DNA from: Eledone cirrhosa
Lineage: Eukaryota
DNA length: 64,000 nt
NCBI GenBank assembly: GCA_964016885.1
Contig: OZ024744.1
Coordinates: forward strand, 80,228,001 to 80,292,000
Direction of reading: 5' to 3'
This document shows positions 1 to 11,910 of the stretch, one piece after another; within the stretch, counting starts at the first letter, position 1; each line of letters starts with the position of its first letter. The translations under genes and the position numbers were made by a program. The notes under the pieces are model-generated. The model was not told where the DNA came from. It saw only the letters and a program-made list of their open reading frames with translations, and ran no database searches.

Positions 1-389
1 ACAGACGGGTTCGTCGTGTGTATGCTTATGTTTGTATTTCAAAATTTATATTCACGTAAATTATATTCAAAGCAACAAGTCAGTATTACTTATCAAGTGT
101 TATTGGATTATTCCTATCGTGAAATTTACGTTAATGTCTCATCACCTTTAGAATATATAAATACGGAGTAATTCCCTAATGACTCAAGTTAGGTTCCAAC
201 TCTTTTTAAAATTTATTGATCTTATTTATTGCATAGGCTTAACCATCTTCATCCAAATAGACACTTGATGAATATCAAGCTTTACAAAGTAAACAGAATG
301 GAAATGAGATATATATGAATCAGGTTAAGTAGCGTTTCATGGAACATAACACAATATAAAAGGAGTAGGAGGAGGGTTAGAGTAGAGCA

Positions 390-1150
390 TATAGAAACAA
401 CGAGATAGAGAGAGAGAGGGAGAGCTAGGCAAAAGACAGAGTAAACTATACTGTTGAAGTCGGAGAGGAACATATAAAGCAAGGTGGGAGGGGTGTAAGA
501 GCAGTAGGAAGAGTAAGATATACATAGAGAGACAGGAGAAGAGAGCATATAAAATACAATGAGTGAGAGAGAGGGGCGAAATACAGAGTAAACTATATAC
601 TGTTTAAGACGGAGAGTAAAAGACATAGAAACAAGGCGGGGGAGTGTAAGAGCAGAAGAAAGAGTAATATATTCATAGAGAGAGAAAGGCAATGAGAGAG
701 AGAAGGGCAGAAGACGGAGTAAACTATACTATGGAAGTAGAAGAGGAACACATAGAAAACAGGTGGTGGAGAGTGTTTAGAGTAGAAGAAAAAGTAATGT
801 ATAATAGAGAGAAGCGAGAGGGTAGCATATAAAAGCAATGAGTGAGAGAGAAGCAGACGGCAGAATAAATTGTACTGTGAGAGTGGGAGAAGAACACATA
901 GAAAACAGGTGGGAGGAAAGTAAGAACAGAAGAAAAGGTGATGTGTATAACGGAGCAAAGTTGGCGGAGAAAATAGAGGAAGAAACTGTGAAAAAAAAAT
1001 GTTAATAGTAAGTAGAAGAGAGAGTAAAATGTATAGAAAGGGGAAGTTAGAGGAGAACCTGAGGTGTTCATAGTAGAAGGCAGAATAAGGTGTATAGAAA
1101 GGGGAGTTAGGAGAGATATACAGAAAGTAGTGAGGTTAGAACAGTAATAG
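390..1150. repeat. Degenerate AG-rich tandem repeat
   Basis: Recurring blocks such as acagagtaaactatactg, acatagaaa(a)cagg and agagcatataaaa at roughly 130-bp spacing. Confidence 0.6.
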
Positions 1151-1273
1151 TAGTAATAGTAGTAGTTGTAGTAGTATGTTAAGAGTGAAAGTAAAAGTGT
1201 TCAGCTAGCAAGGACAGTGTGTATATATATATATAAAAGAAGAAATTAAAAGATGGTTAAAGAAGTTCCATAT

Positions 1274-1341
1274 ATTTTATTATGCGCATTTCGAAAACAA
1301 CATCATCCTGGGACAAGAATTGTGTTCTCATCAGATAAAAT
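1274..1341 (-). ncRNA. Type I hammerhead ribozyme motif
   Basis: Minus strand reads attttat-CTGATGA-stem II-GAAA-tgcgca-TA-ataaaat. Confidence 0.8.
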
Positions 1342-1410
1342 AAGGTAACATGATATGAGGCCTAAAAACACATGTCAACAGGAAAGTGCAAAGCCTACAT
1401 ATGTTACCTT

Positions 1411-1478
1411 ATTTTATCTGATGAGAACACAATTTTTGTCCCAGGATGATGTTGTTTCCGAAATGCGCATAATAAAAT
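1411..1478 (+). ncRNA. Type I hammerhead ribozyme motif
   Basis: attttat CTGATGA gaacac...gtttcc GAAA tgcgca TA^ataaaat; 7-bp stem I and palindromic stem III. Confidence 0.85.
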
Positions 1479-1606
1479 ATATGGAACTTCTTTAACCATC
1501 TTTTAATTTCTTCTTTATATATATACTCCAGTTCTACCAGCTGTTGAGTGCTACTTATCTGATATATATGCATAGTTTTATTGTTCTACAATATTACTCA
1601 CCTTCT

Positions 1607-1646
<40 letters not shown>

Positions 1647-1651
<5 letters not shown>

Positions 1652-1847
1652 AACCAGTAAGACCCCGACAGCTGAGCTCAAGCCGTTTCGACGGCTAATT
1701 CTGGACTCTGAGTCCAGAATTAGCCGTCGAAACGGCTTGAGCTCAGCTGTCGGGGTCTTACTGGTTCCTATTACCCACTCTACTACCTCAAGTATTGAGT
1801 ACTTTGGTGCGTTATGGTCCACCTGGTTCCTTACCACATTTCCTTCG

Positions 1848-1848
<1 letters not shown>
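1647..1848 (+). mobile_element. Perfect ~124-bp palindrome plus 3' tail inserted in (TA)n
   Basis: Palindrome 1647-1770 centred on ggactctgagtcc; tail contains actctactacctcaagtattgagt; (TA)n on both sides. Confidence 0.75.
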
Positions 1849-1895
<47 letters not shown>

Positions 1896-2582
1896 TAGTG
1901 AAAAATTGAACGGGAACAAAACAGAGAGGCAGTACGAACAAAGGTTTATTAATTTCACGCTCTTGAGAGTGGGGTGATGGTGGGAGAGAGGGGAGTAAAG
2001 GTAGGGTGAGGGAGATAGTTGGAGTGAAGCGTTTAGAGAAGGGTCGAATGTAAGATAGAGTGAGAGGCTTGTAGAGTGATTGAGTGCTAAAGTGAATATT
2101 AATGAACGTATGTGAAAGGAAGATAAAATACGTAGATAGATGAACGCGAGAGGATAGCAAAATAAAATCGAAGTAGAAACAAACAAACAAAAAATAATGG
2201 TGGTGGTAGTGGTAGTGGAGGGAGGACATTTAGATGGTTCAAATTTAGAATGTCTGTTCGTTCGGATTAAAATTAATATGTTAAATCTGTTGTAATTGTA
2301 AGGATTTTCAGAGCTGGACCAGACCAGACCAGACTAGAATTGTGAATCATTTTGAGTATGACTAAAACTGAGGAAAAGAAAGAAAAAAAAAAAAAAATAA
2401 ACGAGTGTTAAGATATCAGAAATAAACAAGGAGAAATCATAAAAGAAAAAAAAATGCAGTATAAAAATAAAAATCATGGTGGTGTGGGTGGGAGCGTGCG
2501 GATAGGAAATGATAAGGTGTAATGACGGCGTTGAGGAAGGCCTAGAAGAGCCGGATCTCAAAACCTAACCCGCCTACATTAT

Positions 2583-2614
<32 letters not shown>

Positions 2615-2615
<1 letters not shown>

Positions 2616-2798
2616 AAGAAAGAGTTGTGGTAAGGAACCAGATGGACGAATACTCAATACTTAGGGTAGTAGAGAGAGTAATAAGAAAATGTATGACCCC
2701 GACGGCAGAGCTCAAGTCGTTTCGACGGCTATTTCTGGACTCAGAAATAGCCATCGAAACGGCTTGAGCTCTGCCGTCGTGGTCATACATTTTCCTAT
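2615..2798 (-). mobile_element. Second copy of the 1647 palindromic family, opposite orientation
   Basis: Arms about 2675-2736 and 2741-2798, homologous to 1647-1770; tail on the left; TA flanks. Confidence 0.75.
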
Positions 2799-4419
2799 AT
2801 ATATATGTGTGTGCGTGTGTGCGTATATATATAAGATAGAGAGGTATACATGTGTATATATTATATATATGAGAATATATATATATATATAGTATACATC
2901 CTTCTCACTCGTGTGTGTATATCTGCGTGTGTGTCTGTGTCTGTTTAAGTCTGAATCTGTGTGCGCGCGCGTGTGTATGTGTCTGTATTAGTGTGTGCGT
3001 GTGTGTATATATGTGTATGTGTGTGTGCACATTCTCTCCGACGGCCTTTATCAAACAAACATCTGGAACAAAAATCAATATATTGGAACAACTGGCCAAA
3101 AAATGAGAATAACCAACATATTAGAGATATTCTTCATGAAATGTTTTGGAATCTGATAATATTTCACATAACTGCTGGGCAGACATAGCCTTAATACCAT
3201 CGATAGAGCCTCTGAATGTAGTCGTTTCACTTGCTAGAAATAGTAGTCAAATCTTCCATAATACTCTGACCATCTTTAAAAAAAAAAATAGACTCGTTCG
3301 ATAGATACAGTCGCACGTAGACTGTCTGAAAGGAAAAATATGTGAAGGTCATTGCTAGAACGTGTTTGATATTATATGTCTCCTGGATCAGAACTGACCT
3401 GGAGCTAAATAACAATTACAGCCACTAATACTAGCTATTCCCACCGAGGTTAACTTTGCCTTTCATCTTTACGGGGGTCGTTAAAATAAAGTACTGGAAT
3501 AATTGCTGGCCTTGTGCCAAACGCAGAAACAATTATTAGTAAAGCGTTGGACACCATGCTTGCAGCCCTTTACGTTCTAAGTTTGAATCCTGTCGAGGTT
3601 AGCTTTGCCTTTCATCCTTACATTGTCGATGAAATGAAGCACCACTAGGGATCAATCTAAGCGACTTTCCCCTCCCTTTCAAATTGCTAGCCTTGTGCCT
3701 AAAGTAGAAACAATTGTTATATTATACTAGCAGAAAAACCACCCTTCGCGTGGTTTTCTGCTAGCATGTGTAGTGATGTAGATATGATACATCAAATAAA
3801 ATCGAAATTGACAATATATAATACATAGAAATTGAACGAAGACTGCGTTACACTGTCTTATTTAATCAGTAACGTAATCCATGATACATTAAAAAGACGA
3901 TATTATATATAAACTGCATTAGGAGAAAATTGGTGACAGAAAATTAGTATTTTTATTTAAGTGATGGCCAACCGGAAGAGTTGACATTTCAGAAATTTTG
4001 AAGAAGTGAATCTTTAAATAAACAAAATATATTTAATGAACAGCCACGAAATTTTAGTAGATAAATTATGTAATATTCATTCATTATTTATTCAAAGTAA
4101 TCCAACTTATTTTACTAATGGGATAATAAATTATAAACCGTGCGCAGTCCCGCGCTCCTTACTTTATTGTAGTTTATCATCCCTTTAGGGTCTGAGTTCA
4201 AACCCCACCGAGGTTAACTTTGACTTTTATCCTTACGGGGTCGATAAAATAAAGTACCAGTGATACACTGGGATAATTGCTGCCCTTATGCCAAAAGTAG
4301 AAACAATTATTAGATAATAAAGCCGTAGATACACAGTCTGAATAATGGGATGGTTACAACTTGAACATGTTTGATCATAGGTCTACTGGATCAGGACTGA
4401 CATTGGACTACACAATAAC

Positions 4420-4915
4420 TATAGTAGTGGTAAACCCCTCTTCTGGGATGCCATATGCAGCGACACTTTCTCCAGCGGCAGCCTGGTGCAGTCTACTACT
4501 AATCCAGGCTCTGCTACACTTCGAGCCGAGGAGGGTAAACTCTCCAAATATCAGTCTCTCTCCGACAGGTTGGTGGTCGAGCCCGTAGCAGTGAGGACTC
4601 CTTGGCTGTAGGGCCACCTTCCCGCTCACCACCATCGGCACAGCTGGAATGGTTCTTCCAACGCGTCTCCCTCATCATGTCTGGGGAAATGTCTTCTCTA
4701 TTCTGTCCGCCGGGGCCGCGGGGCGGCCAGCGCGTGGGCTCCCGTTTGCTTATAGTAATGAGAGATGGGAGAGCGAAAGAGAAAGACGAAGGCAGTGAGT
4801 GAAAGAGAGAGAACATCAACGAAGACAGATGTTATTTTGAGGTGGATAGTTTTAGTATCTTGTTTGTGAAATCAATAAGGATGGTGTCGTTCGTTATATA
4901 CAGCATGTCTTGGCT
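4420..4915. mobile_element. GC-rich interspersed repeat fragment (putative LINE 5' region)
   Basis: 4669-4775 is similar to 16501-16612 (ccctca.cat...tctctattc...tttgcttata.taat.agagatggg). Confidence 0.45.
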
Positions 4916-5330
4916 GTTTTAAACCCTAGCGTAGCCCATCTCTCTACTGGTTTTAAGCCCTAGCGTAGCCCATCTCTCTACTGGTTTTAAGCCCTAGCGT
5001 AGCCCATCTCTCTACTCGTTTTAAGCCCTAGCGTAGCCCATCTCTCTACTCGTTTTAAGCCCTAGCGTAGCCCATCTCTCTACTCGTTTTAAGCCCTAGC
5101 GTAGCCCATCTCTCTACTCGTTTTAAGCCCTAGCGTAGCCCATCTCTCTACTCGTTTTAAGCCCTAGCGTAGCCCATCTCTCTACTCGTTTTAAGCCCTA
5201 GCGTAGCCCATCTCTCTACTCGTTTTAAGCCCTAGCGTAGCCCATCTCTCTACTCGTTTTAAGCCCTAGCGTAGCCCATCTCTCTACTCGTTTTAAGCCC
5301 TAGCGTAGCCCATCTCTCTACTGGTTTTAA
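4916..5330. repeat. 34-bp minisatellite, about 12 near-identical units
   Basis: Unit gttttaagccctagcgtagcccatctctctactc repeated head to tail with no spacers. Confidence 0.95.
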
Positions 5331-5918
5331 CACAGTCGAATTTCTTCCAGAGAAAGCAGACCAAGAACTACTGTACTATATATATAATGTAATCCCCAAA
5401 ATACTATATCTGAATAAGAGATGGGATGGTCATAGTTGGAATAACTTTGATCATAGGTTTGCTGATAGGATGTTTGTATAGAGTTCTTAATGTGTGTGTG
5501 TGTGCGCGTGCGCGTGTGTGAGTGTATAAAGTGGTTGTGCTGATGAGAGGACAAAAAGCGCTCAGTCTACCCTGTAAGGTGGTCGTGCTGATGATTCTAC
5601 ACAAAGCACCCAGTCCACACTGATGTTAGGATGTGCATCCAACTGTAGAAATCAAGGCAAAATACAGATCTATATTAGCAAGTGAGTTACCTGACGTGAT
5701 TTGTCGCATAATGTGACAACCCGTCTAACCCATGCAAGCGTGGAAAATGGTCGTTAAAGCTGTCTGTCTGTATGTATGTATGTATGTATGTATGTATGTA
5801 TGTATGTATGTATGTTTCTCTGTATGTATGTGCAAAAAGTAAACAGAAACGAACAAAGCAAATAAGACAGTACAATGAAGAAATATATTAATTTAACGCT
5901 TAATATAGAAGAAAAAAA

Positions 5919-5954
5919 TTTTAACGTTTCAGACACTAGTCCTTCATCAGAAGA
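5919..5954 (-). ncRNA. Minimal hammerhead ribozyme motif (GGAC-TAGC-GTCC family)
   Basis: Minus strand: tctt CTGATGA a ggac tagt gtct GAAA cg TT aaaa. Confidence 0.7.
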
Positions 5955-6273
5955 TAGAATACAGAATGAGAAATAAAAGATGAAATAGAAAGAGAATGAG
6001 AAGAGGAAATGACAAGTGAGAAAAAACATGTATATCCTGTGTGTGTGTGTGTGCGTTTGTGTGTGTATTTGGATTACTGTTGGATCAAGGAAACTGATTA
6101 GCATGTAGCTTCTCGCATCTTTACCAGGATCTATATTGGTAAACTCCAATATAACCAACCATACACACACACACACATATATATATATACACACTGCAGT
6201 AAAAGTTTGGTAGAAATATCCAAGAGTAAGAGCACCCAGTCCATAAGACGAGTTTGGAATAAATAATTACAAC

Positions 6274-6389
6274 AGTGACATAAACAGGTACCTAAGTTTC
6301 GTTGGGGTCTGGACTCCAACTCATTCACCTTATGACAGGCTGAATGAATTGAGGTCCAGAACACAATAAAACTTGAGTACCTGTTTATG

Positions 6390-6394
<5 letters not shown>
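6274..6394. mobile_element. Imperfect fold-back, MITE-like element
   Basis: Termini agtgacataaacaggtac and gtacctgtttatgtcact; complementarity continues toward the centre. Confidence 0.55.
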
Positions 6395-6430
<36 letters not shown>

Positions 6431-6474
6431 TATGTTGATTCACAAGTGTTTTTTAACCTTCATATTGTCTCCCT

Positions 6475-6543
6475 ATTTTATCTGACGAAAACGCAAATGT
6501 TATCGCATGATGATATTTGTTTTTGAAATGCGCATAATAAAAT
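6475..6543 (+). ncRNA. Type I hammerhead ribozyme motif (same family as 1411)
   Basis: attttat CTGACGA ... GAAA tgcgca TA^ataaaat, followed by atggaact...aaccatctttt as in the 1411 copy. Confidence 0.75.
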
Positions 6544-7320
6544 ACATGGAACTCTTTTAACCATCTTTTGATCTTATATTATATATATGTATGCATGTGT
6601 TTTTGTGTATATGTGTATATATGTGTGTATGGATTTACGTATATGTTCATTTGTATGCATGTGTTGATTTCTTATTGCGTACGTATGTGCGCACGCGTAT
6701 GTGTACGTATATAAATTTACGTGGGTTATGTACCTTTGAGATTCATTTATCTATTTTATTGTAGTGTTTTGGGATGTGTGTGTATATATATATATATGTA
6801 TGTATATATGTGTGTGTGTATATATATGTGTGTGTGTATATATGTATATATATGTGTGTGTGTATATATATATATGTCTGTATATATATGCACATGTATG
6901 TGTATGTGTACGTATATTTATTATATATATATATACACATATATACGTGTGTGTGTTTGCATGTATATAGGTATATATGCATGTATATGTGTATAAGTGT
7001 GTGTATGTGTTTATATATATATATATATGTATAAGCATATCTTGTGTATTTGTTTATATTTAAGTTGTTTTTGTTTATCCCCCCCCCCCCCCTACACACT
7101 CACACGTATCGTTGTCAACACGTCCCCCCTTTTTTACTTTATTTTGATTTTTACTTCCTTTTATATATATATAAGTAATTTACTTCCTCATTTTTTAATC
7201 AGTTTGAGCATTTCTTTAGAACTGCTGGACTGGCAACCTGACAGATACCTCAGGCACAGATGATGATTATCGCTAAATACTGATGTTGGTTAGATTATCA
7301 ATATTAGTATTATTGGGGCA

Positions 7321-7447
7321 CCCACTGATGAATTATAGGAGCCCACTTGAATATATATCTATTGATGGTATACAAGCTCCTACATAAATTGGTATAACTT
7401 AACCCAAATTGTAGGAATCCTATAATGAAACGAGACGTCCGTCTGGG
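7321..7447 (+). ncRNA. Hammerhead motif with greatly extended stem II domain
   Basis: ccca CTGATGA attatagga...(about 95 nt)...tcctataat GAAA cgagacg TC cgtc tggg; decayed paralog at 12137-12252. Confidence 0.6.
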
Positions 7448-7618
7448 AAGAGATATATTCGATATGTCTCATATGAAATAATACAGCCAATTTTCCACGC
7501 AATACTTTTAGTTAGCACCCCGAACACATAATTGGGAATATAATCACTTATTTCCTAATGTTTGTTGAGTGAGTTGGAATTTGGCCGGAGTATCGCTAAA
7601 AAGCTTTCTCCGATATTG

Positions 7619-7666
<48 letters not shown>

Positions 7667-8271
7667 AATTTGTTTAGCAAGATTCTTTATCTGAAAACGT
7701 GTGTTGAAACCGATATTGTTATACTTTGGGAGGGTCATGTTGCCAATAAGAAACACACGCACTAGTTGCTTTCACTTCAATTTATTATAATAAATTTATA
7801 AATTTCCGGTTGGTTGGTTGGTTCCACAACCAGATGGTTGTTTATATATTGTCAAAGTTCTTTTGTCACACATTCTGTGACCTCTTCAGTGACTGGGGAT
7901 TCTTTTCTTTGTTTTTTGTGCCTCTCCTTTGTTCTGTCCTACGCCATCTTGTTTTTGTGTGTTGTGTGCTTAGTTTGCGCATGTGTTACATCCGGGTGTC
8001 TGTGTGTGTTTATATTCGTTTATTTATTTGTTTATTTACATGTTACTGGTTGGTTGTTTGTTCTATGTGCGTGTGTGTTTTCATTTTGTCCTTAATTGGA
8101 AGTTGTGATGTTGCTGTTCCACTCATGTTTTCTATTTAATTTTGGTTGGAGTTCATTTATGTTTATTGCCTCTGTGATTTGTCTAAACATTGCGTCTTTT
8201 CTGTGTGTAGATTCTATGTAGAATCTACACACAGAAAAGGGGACTTTTCAAATATTTCACTGTTTTAAATT

Positions 8272-8341
8272 GCCTTGTCCGACGAACGAATGAGGACGTT
8301 TTTCGTATTCGTCTTATTCGGGAAACCTCTGGTAATGAGGT
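8272..8341 (+). ncRNA. Decayed hammerhead motif
   Basis: gccttgt CCGACGA a cgaatgaggacg...cgtcttattcg g GAAA cctctgg TA^atgaggt; core U4 changed to C. Confidence 0.65.
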
Positions 8342-8393
8342 AATTATATTGTATTATTTGTTATACATTATATATATATATATATATATATAT

Positions 8394-8771
8394 CCTCAGT
8401 GTATACTGATTAATGTTCTGAGCCATCCTCAGCATTCTCGTGTAGCACCCATCCACCATCTGAGTGAGTTTCTTGGTCAGTGTCCAAGTCTCAGACCCGT
8501 ACAGCAGCACAGACTCAACTAGTCACCTCAAAAGTGACACAGAGGAGTCTGAGGTTAGCTGGACATGCTCACCGACATCCAGAGTTGCACTCTGCTCCTG
8601 TGGGAGCCCCTACATGGACACACTGGAAGTGGAAGACCAAGGTTAACGTATGTTGGTGCCCTAAGGACAGACACTGGTCTATTGGAGACGCAGGACATGG
8701 CAGCGATAACGAGGGACAGAGACCGCTGGAGAGAACTCGTCCATGGATCTCGGGAATTTTACCCGCCCTAG
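8394..8771 (+). mobile_element. 5'-truncated RTE-clade LINE 3' end with a 5' inversion
   Basis: 8528-8771 matches 44692-44944 directly; 8394-8517 is the reverse complement of about 44528-44650. Confidence 0.85.
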
Positions 8772-9089
8772 AAATATATATATATATATATATATTTTTT
8801 GTAAATTTTTTTTCGTTCTTATTTATTTATTTAGTTATTCCTGCTTCCTAACTACTGCTCGTATCTGTGTATACATTTTTGAGTGCATATATATCTGTGT
8901 ATATGTATGCGTATGTATTTTTGTATATATCTGCGTATATGTATGTGTATGTATTTATGTTCCTGTCCGTATTTCTATGTAGACGCAAATACGCTTATGT
9001 GAGAAAGTATACGTCTACGTACTTTTTTAGTATATGCGCGTAGTTGAGTGTGTGTATGTTTACGTTCTGGATATTTATATTTTTATATA

Positions 9090-9380
9090 TTATTCAGAAT
9101 ATTAATAAATGAAGTCATTCACATAATCAAAATATATGTTTTATTATATATATTTCGAAGGTACTGTGCTGTTTTTCAGTACGTCCTCGTCAGAAAAAAC
9201 AGCACAGTACTTTCGAAATATATATAATAAAACATATATTTTGATTATGTGAATGTCTTCATTTATTAATATTCTGAATAACATTAATAACTCCAGAAAA
9301 CTTCTTTGTAGAGTGCTTTTAATCTATTGTAAAACTATATTTATTGAGTAATCAATGAACCATATTAATCTTTGGTTATA
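9090..9380 (+). mobile_element. Fold-back HHR-bearing insert (same family as the termini of 32783-34850)
   Basis: Arms about 9090-9176 and 9194-9281; tail actccagaaaacttctttgtagagtgct. Confidence 0.8.
9139..9199 (-). ncRNA. Hammerhead ribozyme motif
   Basis: Minus strand: tttttt CTGACGA ggacgtactg...cagtaccttc GAAA tatata TA^ataaaa. Confidence 0.75.
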
Positions 9381-9505
9381 TTTTTATAAATATATTTTTA
9401 ATTTTTTCCCCCTATTTCCTTTTCGCCCGTTTTTTTCAGACTCACTTTCATATTTCCTAAATTTTGTTTTCAAATCCATATTTAATAAATACACCATGTT
9501 TTTTA

Positions 9506-9563
9506 TTCATTCTGACGACTGAAGACAGACACATCTGTCTTCAAGAAACCACTGGTAAATGAA
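9506..9563 (+). ncRNA. Type I hammerhead ribozyme motif
   Basis: ttcatt CTGACGA c tgaagacaga caca tctgtcttca a GAAA ccactgg TA^aatgaa; perfect 6-bp stem I and 10-bp stem II. Confidence 0.85.
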
Positions 9564-9596
9564 ATAATTATCTTATGTCGTTTATTACATAACTAA

Positions 9597-9646
<50 letters not shown>

Positions 9647-10162
9647 GTGTGTGTGTGTGTAAACCTTTTAACTCAGTATAGTAATTATTCTTCTAAGATA
9701 TACAACGTCTGATGGTTTTTCTCCGCACCTTTGTATGCCAAATTTCACTAAGAGCTTGGTTCGATCCGATGCTATATAGTAGATATTTATCCAATATATC
9801 GATTGACGCACGACGGGATCAATCTCAGAGCAAATTAATTGGCTGCAAAGGAGAATTTATTAACTATACAGCTGTGGCTACGCCCCATCAACATTTTTAT
9901 GAAGGCGAAGATATACATAATAAACCAGATATACAACAAATACTCGATTTTACGAATTAATGCTGAAAGTTCGTTAAACCGAAGGTAATGTAAATAATTC
10001 TATTAGAGTTACGGCCCTTTATGGTCTGAGGGTCTGAGTTCAAATCCCACCGAGGTTAACTTTGCCTTTCATCCTTATGGGGTCGATAAAATAAAGTACC
10101 AGTAATACACTGGATAATTGCTGGCTTTGTACCAAAAGTAGAAACAATTATAATAAAGAATA

Positions 10163-10352
10163 GGGCGATGGATTGGCAGTATCGGTAGAGGGTCTGACGC
10201 CATGCTTTGCAGCAAAGAGTTACGGCCCTTTATGGTCTGAGTTCAAATCCCGCCGAGGTTAACTTTGTCTTGCATCCTTACAGGGTCGATAAAATAAAGC
10301 ACCAGTAATACACTGGGATAACTGCTGGCCTTGTGCCAAATGTAGAAACAAT
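10163..10352 (+). mobile_element. tRNA-derived SINE, major family (about 30 full or partial copies in the window)
   Basis: A-box-like tggcagtatcggtagag, B-box-like gagttcaaatcc, 3' end ggccttgtgccaaa.gtagaaacaatta. Confidence 0.85.
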
Positions 10353-10444
10353 TAATATAAAGAATAAGTAATTTTTATTTTACTTTTGAAAATGAAGTTG
10401 AAGCGTATGTTTACTGTGACTGCAGTGATAGTACAGCATTATTA

Positions 10445-10715
10445 GTGGCTGAGCATTCAACTGACACATGTACATTTAACGTAGTTCTCAGGGAGATTCG
10501 GCGTGACACAAGGTGTACAATTATTTTCTTCTCAGTCAAGTGGACTGCAGCAACGAGAAATAAAGTTGTCTTGCTCAATCAGGGTCACAACGCGCCGCTG
10601 GATCTGGGAATCGAACTCACGATGTCTTGTTCAATCAGGGACACAACGCGCCGCTGGATCTGTGAATTGAACTCACGATCTTTCTTACGATCGTAAACTC
10701 AACACTCATTAATCA
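10445..10715 (-). mobile_element. Second tRNA-headed SINE family
   Basis: Minus-strand B-box gtgagttcgattccc; similar sequence at 12950-13200 and 43320-43565. Confidence 0.6.
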
Positions 10716-10761
10716 TTACGTCATGAATACACAAAATACACACATTTACTTATACTCTGCT

Positions 10762-10901
10762 CAGTGCCAGATTTACCATTGTGTCAGGGCGGCCTATCTT
10801 CCTGTCCCCCCCCCCCCCCCCCATTTTTTTTTTTTTTAAACGATGAATTACCTCCTTCAGGGCCCAAGTAAGGAGCCTCATTTATCCTAAATCCGGCACT
10901 G
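10762..10901. mobile_element. hAT-like MITE
   Basis: TIRs cagtgccagattta and taaatccggcactg; imperfect 8-bp TSD actctgct/actctggg. Confidence 0.6.
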
Positions 10902-11544
10902 ACTCTGGGTATAGCTTCACGTTTCTACCTGTAATTATTACTGTAGCTGGTTATATATTAAAACAAATGTTTTCAACTGTGACCTTGTAAAAGTTGTTAG
11001 ATGTCAGACAAACAAGACATTTGTTACATGTGGAAATTCGATCAGTAAGCGAAACAGTAAAATACAGAAATAAATAAATAAATAAATAAATAAATAAAGC
11101 TTCTTGTTTCTTACTTAGAAATGGCTACTGCTTTATTGGAGAATTTTAATTACTGCAGAGAAAGGTGGGGGGTGGGGTGGAGAAACAAAATTTATATTCA
11201 TAAATTGCATAGATGTGTGTGTATGTGTGTATGTATGTGCGTGGAGTCTAAATCTTAAAGATTCCAATTGCATTTTAAACTTATTTATATATTTAACCTA
11301 TGTGTGCAGAATCGTAACAAGGGTACGGCAAGCATGGCACGTGCCATGGGCCTCACATGAATGGAGAGGGGAGGGGCACTTGGACTATGAGCACTATTTT
11401 TATTAATGTCAGATAAGTTATCGTCGGAAAGTGAAAATAGAAACTTCTTCAGATGTACGATGTTTTTATCATGGGTGAGAAACACTATGGTGGCAGTATA
11501 ATTAAATTAATTATATAACTTATTAGAAGGGAGGTAGGTGTAAA

Positions 11545-11910
11545 AGACAAACTCGCTATCTTCAATTCGGTATTCATGCCTACCCTTACCTATGGTCATG
11601 AGTCTTGAGTAATAACCGAAAGAATATAATCACGTAGAGTCACTACTTCTCCGAATTGAGCGATCACAGCTCCGATACTATGGACATGTGGTTAGAGTGT
11701 CTCAGGAGAGAATTTTTACGGGCAAAACCAACAGGCAGAAGAAGAAAGGTAGACCCCGAACAAGATGGTTGGTTAACATTCATGAGCTTGGCTGATCTTG
11801 CTTGGGGGTCCAGCCGGATCTATAGCGGACAGTTGCTTCTGACAGGACCTGCTGGAAGGAGTGTTTGAGGACTCTTCTCCCATGACTCTCTCAGGAATAA
11901 GTGAAAAAGG
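11545..11910 (+). mobile_element. Decayed RTE-clade LINE 3' end
   Basis: Similar to 15960-16385 and to 12760-12940 (minus); translates to RAKPTGRR-like RTE C-terminal motifs. Confidence 0.7.

Larger units (their letters stand above)
1233..1609 (+). mobile_element. Fold-back HHR-bearing insert (Penelope-like element terminal remnant)
   Basis: Inverted arms about 1233-1350 and 1401-1520 with a ~50-bp spacer and a 3' tail at 1521-1609; flanked by (TA)n and (CA)n. Confidence 0.8.

Noticed and set aside
4916-5330. CRISPR-like array
   Set aside because: Units are contiguous with no unique spacers, the context is eukaryotic and there are no cas genes.
9712-9960. 82-aa ORF as a host exon
   Set aside because: Its 5' part resembles the SINE remnant at 13050-13115, and it shows no recognisable domain or clear splice sites.
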